Positions 25,160-36,350 of a stretch of DNA of 43,961 bases are shown piece after piece. Position numbers and translations under genes: made by a program. Source of the stretch: Chiloscyllium plagiosum (lineage: Eukaryota); contig NC_057718.1 of NCBI RefSeq assembly GCF_004010195.1, forward strand, positions 33,813,851 through 33,857,811. Direction: 5' to 3'. Below the pieces are notes generated by a model. That model did not search any database and was not told where the DNA came from. It worked only from the letters and a program-made list of their open reading frames with translations. Numbering within the stretch: the stretch's first letter is position 1; each line of letters starts with the position of its first letter.

Positions 25160-25995
25160 GATAATTACTTTCATATCATGAAACATCCAAGCCATTCCAA
25201 CAGGTGCATTATAAAACAAAATATGACCACGAGCCACATAATGACATATTAGATCAGATGACTAAAATATTGTTCAAAGATTTCTGCTTTAAAGAGTGCC
25301 TTAAAGGAGAAAAGTGAGTTGGAGAGCAGGGAGGTGTGGGGAGGGAATTTCACATCTTGGGACCTCAGAAACTGAAGGAACAATTAGAATTAGAATCCCT
25401 ACAGTATGGAAACAGGCTCTTCGGCCCAACAAGTCCACACCGGCCCTCCGAAGAGTAACCGACCCAGACCCATTCCCCTGGTCTGAATTTACCCCTGACT
25501 AATAACCTACACTATGGGCAATTTAGCATGGCCAATTCACCTAACCTGCACATTTTTGGATTGTGGGAGGAAACTGGATCACCGGGAGGAAACCCACACA
25601 GACACGGAAAATGTGAAAACTCCATGCAGAAAATCACCTGAGGCTGGAATCGAACTTGAGACCCTGGCACTGTGAGGCAGCAGCGCTAACCACTGAGCTG
25701 CCATGCTGCCCCAACTATCAATTATAATTGAGAATATGCAAGAGGTCAAAATTAGAAGAAAGCAGATGTGTCAGAGGGTTGTAGGACTGGAAAAATTACA
25801 CTTATAGGGAGGGGCTAAACATTTAAAGGGATTTGGAAACAAGAATGAAACTTCCATTCAAGGACGAGCTTGACCGGTGTAGTTCACAAGGTTAGGGATG
25901 ATATAGGAAGAGAGCTTACTGCAGTTTCGGACAGTGAAAGCAGAGTTTTGATTGACCTTATGTTTGTAGAGAGTAGAATTTAGAAGACTAAACAA
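25160..25995 (-). mobile_element. Old L2 3' end interrupted by HE1 SINE
   Basis: gtgccttaaaggag..gggagggaatttcaca..gcaagaggtcaaaattaga..cagagggttgtagg parallels 37375-37765. Confidence 0.7.
25384..25711 (-). mobile_element. Full-length HE1/V-SINE
   Basis: Head GGGCAGCATGGCAGCTCAGTGGTTAGCGCTGCTGCC; B box AGTTCGATTCC; (TTCTAA)n tail. Confidence 0.92.
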
Positions 25996-28022
25996 GCTTG
26001 AAATGTCATCTAGTACTTTGCCAAGGTAGAAATATGTTGAAAGTATCTCACTTGCAATTTGGTTGTCTTTTAAAACAATGCTGTTGGTAGGTCACTTGTG
26101 CAGTTCAATAGCTTTTCGCTGGTGATTGTTTAGCACGTCTGTCTAGTGCAAATATGCAGACCAGGTTTGTAAAATTAGTGTAAAACAGCAGAAGAACTGT
26201 CTGACCTCAGAATAGGAACTGTGCTGATGCTTTTGGCAGATGCAGAGCATATTTGCATTTGTCCACATCACAGCATAAAGTTTCATGGAAATATGGGGCT
26301 ATCTGTCCAACAACACAATCATTACCTCTGCAAGGTTCTGTAGTCCACTGGAGACCCAGAGTCCAAATTTGTAACTGATCTGCCTCACTTGACTCCACTG
26401 AAGTTCATTTCTAATCTGAAATGATCTATCTATACAAGTGTTACTAGGAGAGCCACAGTACACTGTGTATTTTAAGTATATTGAATAGGCATAAAAGTGT
26501 TTTTTAGTTCATAACAGCTTTCTTCCACTGATGTGATTATCATATTGTACACACACAGCAGGATCCTGGTCAGAATAGCTCCCCTCATAACTGTCATGAT
26601 GAAGAATTAAGTTAAATTCTGGTGATGACCTCTATTCCCTCAAAAGTTGTTAATTTGAAGGATAAAGTCTGGATTTTTAAGTTGGATTTAAAATGGGTTA
26701 TCACCAGCCTTACTGTCACATAAATCAAAACATCTGAACTTAAGGTTCATGCGTATAAAAGGGAAACTAAAATACTTGGAATACAAATGGACTTGCTTGG
26801 TTTTGGTTTTATCTGCCAGTAGTTATAATTTGTATGAATGTAGTGAACAACTTTCAATATTGGATACCATTACTATGAATGGTACCAAGGAACAACTCGT
26901 TTCTGACAAGGATTCTATTGTACTCCATTCAAAAAATAAAGTTGTCTCATGACTGCATTACTTAACAGTTTAGGAGTGGTTCAATACTTCAATTTGTGTA
27001 CACCTTAGTTTTGGAAACCTTTTGCCAAAAAACATTGAATTGGTTCCAACTTGGTGGTGTGAGTGACTTCATTTTTCTCCATGGACTTGCATTTTCAAAA
27101 ATTCCAAATACAGTAATTCCTAAGTTAGGTGTTCCTTTTTCCTTTCATTTTCAATTCCTGTAATATTAGATTCTGTTAATTATATTTAGAGCCATGTAAT
27201 CTGATATTCTGCAAAGTTCAGTAAGTTTATGCCAGCAGTGATGTGATCCTGTAGAACTAGATCCCACAAGCAAATTAACAAAGACTTCCTTACAATCCTG
27301 CATGAACTAACAAAGTATTGATGTGCCAACAGAAACCTCATAAACCACTTTTTTAACCTTTCCTTTGCCTAATACAATCACCTCATGAAGGCACTGGTAT
27401 TTTGTTGAGTTATGATTCCATAGGAAGCAGGGGATTTTCAAGTACTTGCCTCACTGGCTATGACAAAAAAAAATTTCTCCATTTCCTTTGTGTGATTTTT
27501 TTCGGAAATGAAGAAGAATGGAAATTTGCATCCATCATATAGATATTTGGCACGTCCTTCCATAGGATGTAAAAGAATGAAAGAACTTGTATTTATTTGT
27601 CTTTCACAATTTCAATACTCTTGAAGTGTAATCAGTGTCATAAATGTAAGCAATTAATGTGTGCACAGCAAAATTCTTCAGTTTTTTTCAGAAGAGTGCA
27701 TAACTTTAAGGTTAACTTATTTTTATGTTCAGGGTGGGAGAGATGATTTTATTTTCATTTTTTAAGGTTTTCTAGGCTTTGTACCAGAGAGTCTGGAGAC
27801 CTGTTTGTTTGACTGCATTTTGAATGATGTTTTGAAACTCCTGCCATGCGAAAATGGGTTAGTGGACCAGTGCATTAAAAAAAGTTAAATAAAAGTTGTA
27901 CTGTTGCCTTGTGATTGGTCCAGGTTAATTGGTCACACAAGGGACAGAAAAATCTAAAGGTCGAGAAGTTGCCAGCAGTGACCTTGCCCTTTCCTGTTGT
28001 GTTCTGCCAGCCGTAGATAATT

Positions 28023-28204
28023 TCAGAAGTCACACGACACCAGGTTATAGTCCAACAGGTTTTTTTTAAAATCACAAGCTTTTGGAGCGCTGCTTCTTCA
28101 TCAGGACTTCACCTGACGAAGGAGCAGTGCTCTGAAAGCTTGTGATTTGAAATAAACCTGTTGGAGTATAACCTGGTGTTGAGTGACGTCTGACTTTGTC
28201 CACC
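28023..28204. mobile_element. Palindromic pair of PLE-terminal repeats (family B)
   Basis: 28023-28105 is the imperfect reverse complement of 28112-28193; 6-bp spacer acttca. Confidence 0.88.
28110..28144 (+). ncRNA. Putative minimal type I hammerhead ribozyme
   Basis: CAC-CTGACGA-A-GGAGC-AGT-GCTCT-GAAA-GCTT-GTG; helix I CAC/GTG, helix II with a G.U base pair, palindromic AAGCTT helix III. Confidence 0.7.
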
Positions 28205-28400
28205 TGTGTTACATCATGGCAACCATAAAAAGTGGTCAGGTATTGACTTTAGGGTTGTAAAGGTTATAGTATCTTTATGTTCATCTCAGTTCATTGTGGT
28301 CTTGATATCTTGCCATTACTCAATGATACTGCTATGGTGGTGGGTGAGTCATGGTTTGATGTTTTTGCGAGCAAAGGTCTTGGTCAGGGCATTGGGATAA

Positions 28401-28842
28401 GTCCCGGTCATGATTTGGTAGCTGAAATGTGGGGATGTTTTTCCCCGAGCACCTGTTTCTCAGTGAGTGCTAGTTGAGCTACCCAACCCCTCCCCTCCCT
28501 ATCTCACCCCACCCCACCCTAAACCATTGCTCCATGTGCCACTTCAGAGAGCAATATATATAGTTGATCACATTGCTGAATCACATGTCAGCCAGAGCAA
28601 ATACAGACAGCATATGTTCTTCACTAAACAGCATTAATGAACCAGTTATATTTTTATGACAATCAACAATGCTTACATTGTTTATTTTAGACTAGCTTTT
28701 AATTACAGATTTTATTGAATTTATGTTTCTCCATCTGCTATATCAGGATTCAAACCCATGTCTCCAGAACATTAGACTTGGTCTCAGAATCACTTGTCCA
28801 GTGACTTTACTGCTGCATCATCACTTCTCCTTAAATGTATAT
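28401..28842 (-). mobile_element. Decayed tRNA-derived SINE plus flank, copy 2
   Basis: Colinear with 19623-20042 over about 420 bp. Confidence 0.75.
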
Positions 28843-29257
28843 CGGTACAATGTTTGCTTCATAATAATTCTTGCCACTTCTACATTCTTCTACCGCAGAC
28901 TTCTGAAATCTCATTTGCTTGCTCCCAGTGGCCAGTTGAAGCCAAATATAATCCATTGTTCAACTGAAAGAGGAAAAAAAATAATGTATTCACCGAAGTT
29001 TGTGCCTGTTATTTGTTTGATTGGATAGATTTAAAACGTTAGTGAAACACCTTCATGACAGTCAATTGTACATCCCCATTCTTGTGTGTATATATTGCAT
29101 ATGGTGCTATCACTGTTGTCTTCCTGAAACATGGAGTACGCACATGCATGTTGGTTACTTTGTTATGGTCACATGCAGTTCCTTTCTCATATGGGGGGAG
29201 GGGGGGGGGGGAATTTGTAGTTTTGTCAAAAGCAAACTTCAAGAAGCTTCCCTAAGC

Positions 29258-29728
29258 TGTTGGCAGGGTTGGAGGATTTGAGTTACAGGAAGAGGTTGAA
29301 GAGGCTGGGGCTGTTTTCCCTGGAGCATGGGAGGCTGAGGGATGACCTTATAGAGGTATATAAAATGATGAGGGGCATGGATAGGATAAACAGACAAAGT
29401 CTTTTCCCTGGGGTGGGGGAGTCTAAAACTAGTGGACGTAGGTTTAGGGTGAGAGGGGAAAGACACAAAAGAGAACTAAGGAGCGACTTTTTCATACAGT
29501 GGGTGGTACATGTATGGAATGAGCTGCCAGAGGAAGTGGTGGAGGCTGGTACAATTGAGACATTTAAAAGGCATCTGGATGGGTATATGAATAGGAAGGA
29601 TTTGGAGGGACATGGGCCAAGTGCTGGCTGATGGGACTCGATTGGGTTGGGATATCTGGTCGGCATGGACAAATTGAACCGAAAGGTCTGTTTCTGTGCT
29701 GTACACCTCTATGACTCTATGACTGTAT
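29258..29728 (+). mobile_element. CR1 LINE 3' end (fairly young)
   Basis: ORF 29260-29631 GLEDLSYRKRLKRLGLFSLEHGRLRDDLIEVYK..WNELPEEVVEAG; tail ctctatgactctatgact. Confidence 0.96.
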
Positions 29729-31608
29729 AATGAAAAGTGATTATTCCTCCTTTACCCAGGATCATGGAGAGCCAGTTGTAGTTCAATTACCAACCAATCC
29801 ATATGATTTTCTCCTGTGATCGGGTTACAGTTAGTATAAATCTTTATGATCATTTGAATTTTGGCATTTTTATATTTGTCCTGGTGAGTGCATAATGAAA
29901 AGCTTTTCAGCAATATTTTTGTTTTTTCTCATAGCAATATGTAATTTGTGAATAAGAGTAAACAAAATTGAATAAAAGCTGAGACATAACACTGGCTACT
30001 TTCTATATACAAGTTAATGAGGTTTTGCTCTTTGGAGGGTTTCACATCTCAGACTGAACCCATTCTTGCTCGATGTCTGCACAAATGCATTTTTTGACAG
30101 AAGTAACCAGGTAGGATCCTCATTCCTATCTGGCCTGAATAAATAACTATAATGGCTCTTAAGCTGCCCAGGCTGAAATTCATTAATTTAGCACAAAAGA
30201 GAGCTCCAAACTCATATTGACCAAAGTTTGTTTAAGCCAGGGTTTTGTTTTAATGTGATACATGTTTTAATGGTGGACTTTTAACCAAAATGATAAGGAT
30301 ATAGATTCTGCACAAAGAAACGTCTGCAAATCTTTTCAGTTGTTTGCCATTTTGGGTCATGTTCAAAACCCACATACATAGTTACCTCATCTTCTACCTC
30401 TGAAATGCAGTACTGTTACAAAAACCACTGTACAAAATGGTCAAATATACTGTACATACATAAGTAACATTTGTACTCTATCAAGTTGGTAAGATGAGAA
30501 GCAAATTTAGAATTACTGAATTATGAACCATAATATCACTTTTTTTTAGAAATGGAAGATGTGATCTCAATGTTGGTTATGCTTTCATTCACTAACTAAA
30601 GGCCAAAATTGAATTGGAGGCATCATATTAAGACAGAAAAACAATTAAAGCAGATTAAATTTTTTGAAGAAGGAAGGAATCTCTATCTGTGTTTTGCAAA
30701 ATGGTATGCTTTCAATTTTATACTACAATTTGAAATATACCACACAGTCAATTAGTCTACATTAATAAGAATGATGCATCTAATATTGTCTTTCCTTTAT
30801 AGTGGACACCTTTCCTCTAAGTATTCTTATGACATAGTTTAACATTCTCTAATAAAAAAGAATTGCATTTGTATAGCAATTCTTAAGACCACTGGTAAGT
30901 CAAAGCACTTTACAGTCAATGAAATTCTTATGAAGTGTAGCTGCTGTTGTAGAAAATACTTTGCAACGTTTTGCTTGGTTAAGAAATAGGAAAAGATTAG
31001 TGCACTTGTTTTCCTTTTGTCTATAATAACATTGTGGAGCAGTTTTAGTGAACTGATTGACCGTCTGCCAAGGATAGAAGCCTAAATAACAGTACTTTAC
31101 ATGTAAATTGAGCTAATTTTAACACAAAACAAAGTGTTTAGTTAGTCAGTTACACCATTTATTAGATAAGAATTGTGCATTTGCTGAAATGTGACAATAC
31201 AAGGAAATTGTGAGAGTTGGCATCTGTAATCTGCTTGATTTTTTTTAAAAAAATGGTATTTAACATATTTGATTCATAACATGGGAGGTGGTGGCCTCGT
31301 GGTAATTTCATTGAACTAGTAATCCAGCGTACTTTGAGTTGCAAGTGACTCTTGGACACCCCTAGTAAGAGCTTGTTATATCAATATCCATTCAGCTTGT
31401 TAAGGACTGACCAAGGAGGTTCTCAGTGATTTGCTGGCCTTGATGTTGATGTGAAGCCCTACCTTGCTGGAAACTGCAAGTTAGACTGAGGTCAGCCAAA
31501 ATTAACCATTTTTTCCTGCCATGATGTGGAGATGCTGGTGTTGAACTGGGGTGGACAAAATCAGAAGGCACACAACACCAGTTTTAGTCCAACAGGTTGA
31601 TTTAAAAT

Positions 31609-31643
31609 CACAAGCTTTCGGAGCACTGCTCCTTCATCAGGTG
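31609..31643 (-). ncRNA. Putative minimal type I hammerhead ribozyme, intact core
   Basis: Minus strand CAC-CTGATGA-A-GGAGC-AGT-GCTCC-GAAA-GCTT-GTG. Confidence 0.75.
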
Positions 31644-31777
31644 GCATGGAGGGAGATGCACAAGCCCAGAATATATAGGTGGATATATATTCTGTTCCTG
31701 TGCACTTCCTTCCACTCTACATGACAAAGGAGCAGCGGTCCGAAAGCTTGTGATTATAAATAAACTTGTTGGACTAT

Positions 31778-33138
31778 GATGCTGGAGCATATTACTGCAG
31801 ATGCTGGAATCTGTACTGAAAACAAAATATGCTGGCACTCACAGCGGATCAGACAACACCCATGGAAAGACAGCAAGCTAATGTTTCAGGTCTAGATGTC
31901 TCTATAAGAATTGAAGTAAAGTGTGGAGGGTACAGCATTTATGCTTTGGTTTGGGGCAGGGAGGAGCTGGGGATGGTGGCGTTGGGTGCCAGTGAAGAAA
32001 AGATATATTGAAAGTTCAGAATGAGTGGTCTGATTGTGAGAATGTCAGAACAATGGCGTGTCTCCTGCCACACTTGAAAGGACAGTAACTGGGATGAGGG
32101 AAGGGGTGGACATGATAACAAGCTGAAAGAAATGTTCACAATTTAAAGGTGTTGAACTCCATATTAAGCCCAGAAGGCTGTAAAGTACCGAGTCTGAAGA
32201 TAAGAGGTTGTTCCTCCAGTTTGTGCTGGGATTCACTGGAACTCTGCAGCATGCCGAAGACAGACATGTGGGCATGTGAACAGAATGCTGTGTTAAAATA
32301 ACCAGCAACGAGAAGGTCAGGGTCCTGCTTGCGCACCGATGGAAGTGTTCAGCAAAGCAGTCACCCAGTCTGTGTTTGGTTTCTCCAGTGTAGAGTAGGC
32401 CATATTGGGTGCAGCGAATACAATCCACACGATTGGAGGAGATCCAGGTGAAATACTGCTTCATCTGGAAAGTCTGTTTAGGCACTTGGATGGTGAGCAG
32501 GGAAGAGGTGAAAGGGCAGGTATTGCATTTCTGTGGTTAAATGGGAAGGTGCCATGGAGAGGGGAGTTGGTGTTGGTTGTGGAATGGACTAGGATGTCCT
32601 TGGAGTGATCACTAGGAGTGATCCCTGCGAAATGCAGACTGGGGGGAGTAAGGGTTGGATGTGATTGGTTCTGACCTTCTGTTGGAGTTGTCTGAAATGG
32701 CAGAGAATGATCCTTTGAATGTGGAGGCTGGTGGGATGAAAAATGAAGACGAGGGGGACCCAATCACCCTGTTGAGAGTGATGGGAAGAACAAGAGCAGA
32801 AGCACAGATGGTAGCTTGGTTGTGGTTGAGGGCCCTATCAAAGTGGGTGGGAATGTTGTTATGCCCCCATCCCACTTACTGTCCTTTCATATCTGGCAGA
32901 AGACAAACCACAGTTCTGCCATTCTCACATTCCAATAATTTAATCCGAATTATAAACATCTTTTATTCACCGGCACCCTACACCCACTATTCCCAGCAGC
33001 ACGCAACCTCCCCTCCACCCAAAAAAAGAAACATTACAGCATTAATGCTGTCCCCTCCATACTTTTGTTCAGCTCTCATGAGAAGTCATCTCCGTGGATG
33101 CTGTCTGACCCGTGATATCCAGCATTTTTTGTTTTGTA
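31778..33138 (-). mobile_element. Penelope-like element: 3' ORF part with GIY-YIG endonuclease and inverted terminal repeats
   Basis: FTWISSNRVDCIRCTQYGLLYTGETKHRLGDCFAEH (32045-32485) and KLEEQPLIFRLGTLQPSGLN (32136-32336); about 32865-33138 is an inverted copy of about 31800-32100; 9-bp TSD ttggactat. Confidence 0.92.
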
Positions 33139-33204
33139 TTGGACTATAACCTGGTGATGTGTGACTTCTGACTTTTTCTACCAATTGAGAAGGCAAGTAA
33201 TCAG

Positions 33205-33337
33205 GTAGGTAAAAACAATGACTGCAGATGCTGGAAACCAGATTCTGGATTAGTGGTCTGGAAGAGCACAGCAGTTCAGGCAGCATCCCAGGGGCAGTAA
33301 ATCGACGTTTCGGGCAAAAGCCCTTCATCAGGAATAC
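33205..33337 (-). mobile_element. Short PLE-terminal element (family A) with 14-bp TSD
   Basis: aggcaagtaatcag at 33191-33204 and 33338-33351; body homologous to 16138-16271 and 21879-22004. Confidence 0.92.
33299..33336 (-). ncRNA. Putative minimal type I hammerhead ribozyme, intact core
   Basis: Minus strand TATTC-CTGATGA-A-GGGC-TTTT-GCCC-GAAA-C-GTC-GATT; GUC cleavage triplet; palindromic ACGT helix III; weak helix I. Confidence 0.75.
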
Positions 33338-33841
33338 AGGCAAGTAATCAGACTGGTGGCGAGTTAAGGGCCCTAATTGACAAGTCCCTGATGGACCTTC
33401 TCACTTAGCACTTAATTATTCAGGGTGAATTTCTCTTTGGGCCCAACTGACCAAATTATTTACAGTTCCAGCCAACTCTAGGCAGGAGAAAATTGCATTC
33501 CATGACACTATGATCATTTGTCATAAAAGCTCATCTGGTTTACTAATGCCATATAGGGAAGGAAATATGTTCTTCTTACACCTTCTAATCTATATGTTTA
33601 ATGATTTAAATGTTAGTCAAGCCACAGCAAATATCTCCTAATTCCAATTAGGAGGCAGACAGGACCATGGCTTAACATCCCATCTAAATGTTTGAAACAG
33701 ATAAAATGCAGCACTTCCTTAGTAATGCATTGGGTACCAAGCCTAAATTACATATTCAGAGCACATAATATTCTGATTCAGAAGTGACAATACGAGCCCT
33801 AAGCCAAAGCTGATGTGTGGGACCCATGCACCATTTCAGTT

Positions 33842-34453
33842 AGAGTCATAGAGTTATAGAGATGTACAGCATGGAAACAGACCCTGCGGTCTAACCAATC
33901 CATGCCAACCAGATATCCCAACTCAATCTAGTCCCACCTGCCCTCCAAACCCTTCCTATTTATATACCCATCAAATGCCTTTTAAACGTTGCAATTGTAC
34001 CAGCCTCCACCACTTCCTCTGGCAGCTCATTCCATACATGCACCACTCTCTGCGTGAAAAAGTTGCCCCTTAGGTCTCTTTTATATTTTTCCCCTCTCAC
34101 GCTAAACCTATGCCCTCTAGTTCTGGACTCCCAACAGTGGCCGAACCAATGTCCTGTACAGCTGCAACATGACCTCCCAACTCCAGTACTCAATACTCTG
34201 ACCAATAAAGGAAAGCATACCAAACGCCTTCTTCACTATCCTATCTACCTGCGACTCCACTTTCCAGGAGCTATGAACCTGCACTCCAAGGTCTCTTTGC
34301 TCAGCAACATTCCCTGGGACCTTACCAGTAAGTGTATAAGCCCTACTAAGATTTGCTTTCCCAAAATGCAGCACCTCGCCTTTATCTGAATTAAACTCCA
34401 TCTGCCACTTCTCGGCCCATTGGCCCAGCTGGTCCAGATCCTGTTGTAATCTG
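33842..34453 (-). mobile_element. CR1 3' part with internal deletions
   Basis: (gagtcata) tail; EQRDLGVQVH..LYRTLVRPLL (34117-34401) fused directly to ESRTRGHRF. Confidence 0.95.
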
Positions 34454-35649
34454 TGTTCCTGGATCTTCTAATTCTAAATGTTTGAGCCAGCTTTTTGTGA
34501 TTCTGGATTGGGTTTTGAAACTGCTCTGGAAATATTTTGATGGGCTGGCAAACAAATGGGATTGAGTTTTTTGGGATTTTCGTTGCATTCCTGTAACCTT
34601 GATGGGTTAAACTATAACAGGTTACTGCATTTGGAAGATGTTTCAATAAAACGGACTAGATTTTATGATCAGCAATAAAACAACTGTGTTTGTGGTTGAC
34701 ATCAAAGAAAGCTGCCAACAGACGAAGCAATCTTTTGTGGCATGTCTTCCCCTATCCTGTTGTAGTTTTAAATCTGGTGCCAAATCAAGGGGACTTCCAG
34801 GCATCTAGCATAATGTTTTGATACCTTGACTATGTGTCAAGGATAGAGGCCAGTCAGTTCACCAACATGGCATTACAGGGTCCTATTGGAGTCATAGGCA
34901 AGCTGGATCAGCAGCCAATCAAACTGCAAAACAAAATTTAAAATACTGAAAGCCTTCATTTTTTTATTTTTAAGTCTAAAAATTTAATATTATTAAATGG
35001 TTCAAATAATTATAAGTGAAAACAACATTTTAAAACTATGCAGATTTTTAATATTGGTATTGAGGTTCTACAAATGTAAAATTAACTTTCACGGTGACTG
35101 AGAGGCTTTTAGTATAAATTATGAAGTTAGTACACTGTTTAAAAACATAGATACCCCTCAGTCAATGAATGAAACTTTTTACAAGGGTTTCACACCAAGA
35201 CCAGCAACATAAAAGGAAATGTTTTCCCAATTCACTGCTTTTGGCTGATGGTATTAAAGCACAGCCTTCGGAGGAAGATTGAATCGCTGACAGCAACTTC
35301 TAGTATTCTGTTATTCTGCTTCTGAGCAAATTCCAAAAGTGGCTGTCAACTTCAGTGAAGCATTAATGGAAAACACCACCAGTTTCTCTGCCATTACCAC
35401 TGCAATGTCTGGGCTATTATGGCTACCAGATATAACTAATGTTATCAGCTTTACATTTGACCTCAGATGACTTGCAGTAGATAAATGCCAAATATTTCAC
35501 TTGTATAAAACTGTTATATTTACGATCTTTGTCAAATCAGTTATTTAATTGTCCACCACCATTCAGGACAGCAAATGATTGATCTGAGTCGATCATTGTG
35601 GAATTGCCTAGGATTGTATGCTTTCTGATGCTGCCGTTTAATGTACACA

Positions 35650-36350
35650 CTGTTCCAATCGTGTTGTACCTTCACAAGATTGGCATCTTTATTTTGGGTA
35701 TACAAGTGGTGATGTTTCCATTTACCTTCTGTTTTTGTCTTTCAAAATGAGAGTGGTCATGGGTTTGAAAGGTTCTGTCTAAGGATTCTTTTAAAATTTC
35801 TGCAGTGCATCTTGTAGATGGCACGCACTGTTGCTACTGACATTGGTAGTGGAGGGAATGAATGTGTGGAAATGAAGCCAGTTAAGTGAGCTAATTTGCC
35901 CACGATGATGTAAAGTTTCTTAAGTGCTATTAGAGCTGCACTCATTCAGGCAAGTGAGAAATATTCCATTACCCTCTTGATTTAGGCCTTGTAGATAATA
36001 AGACAAGCACTGGAGACTCAGGAGGTGAGATGATTGTTGAAGGAGTTTTAGCTTCTAACCTGCTGTTGTAGCTATAATACTTATATGACTTCTCCAGTTC
36101 AGCTTCTGGTCAGTGTGCTAATGTCCAGGCTGTTTACTTTAAACAGGGTTTTCCCTCGTGTTGGTTATTGCAGCACCTGTTGCAAGCCAAGTGTGACAGA
36201 TTGTCCTTCAAACCTCTGTTAACTTGGGCAGACGTAGTGTTAGCAAGTCATGCTTGATGGGCATTGACATCATTCTGACGAGTACATTCTGCACCCTTGC
36301 TAGTATCAGTGTTATTTTCAAATGATATTCAATGTTTCCTTCAAGTAATA
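35650..36350 (-). mobile_element. Old CR1-clade LINE RT C-terminal fragment (likely same lineage as 8235-8745)
   Basis: EYFSLA*MSAALIALKKLYII..SVATVRAIYKMHCRN..LRQNLSNP (35757-35945). Confidence 0.75.

Larger units (their letters stand above)
31520..33182. mobile_element. Family B inverted PLE-terminal pair; right arm split by a later PLE insertion
   Basis: Symmetry centre cagaatatata-ggtgga-tatatattctg (31667-31694); the right arm stops at ttggactat (31777) and resumes at 33139 (ttggactataacctggtg). Confidence 0.85.

Noticed and set aside
26317..26420. Minus-strand exon-like segment ending GAG|gtaatg
   Set aside because: Poor polypyrimidine tract and unrecognised peptide
29193..29211. G-rich run (G-quadruplex candidate)
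   Set aside because: Isolated homopolymer with no contextual evidence of function
32655..33149. 164-aa plus-strand ORF
   Set aside because: Antisense shadow of the PLE ORF running into the inverted terminal repeat
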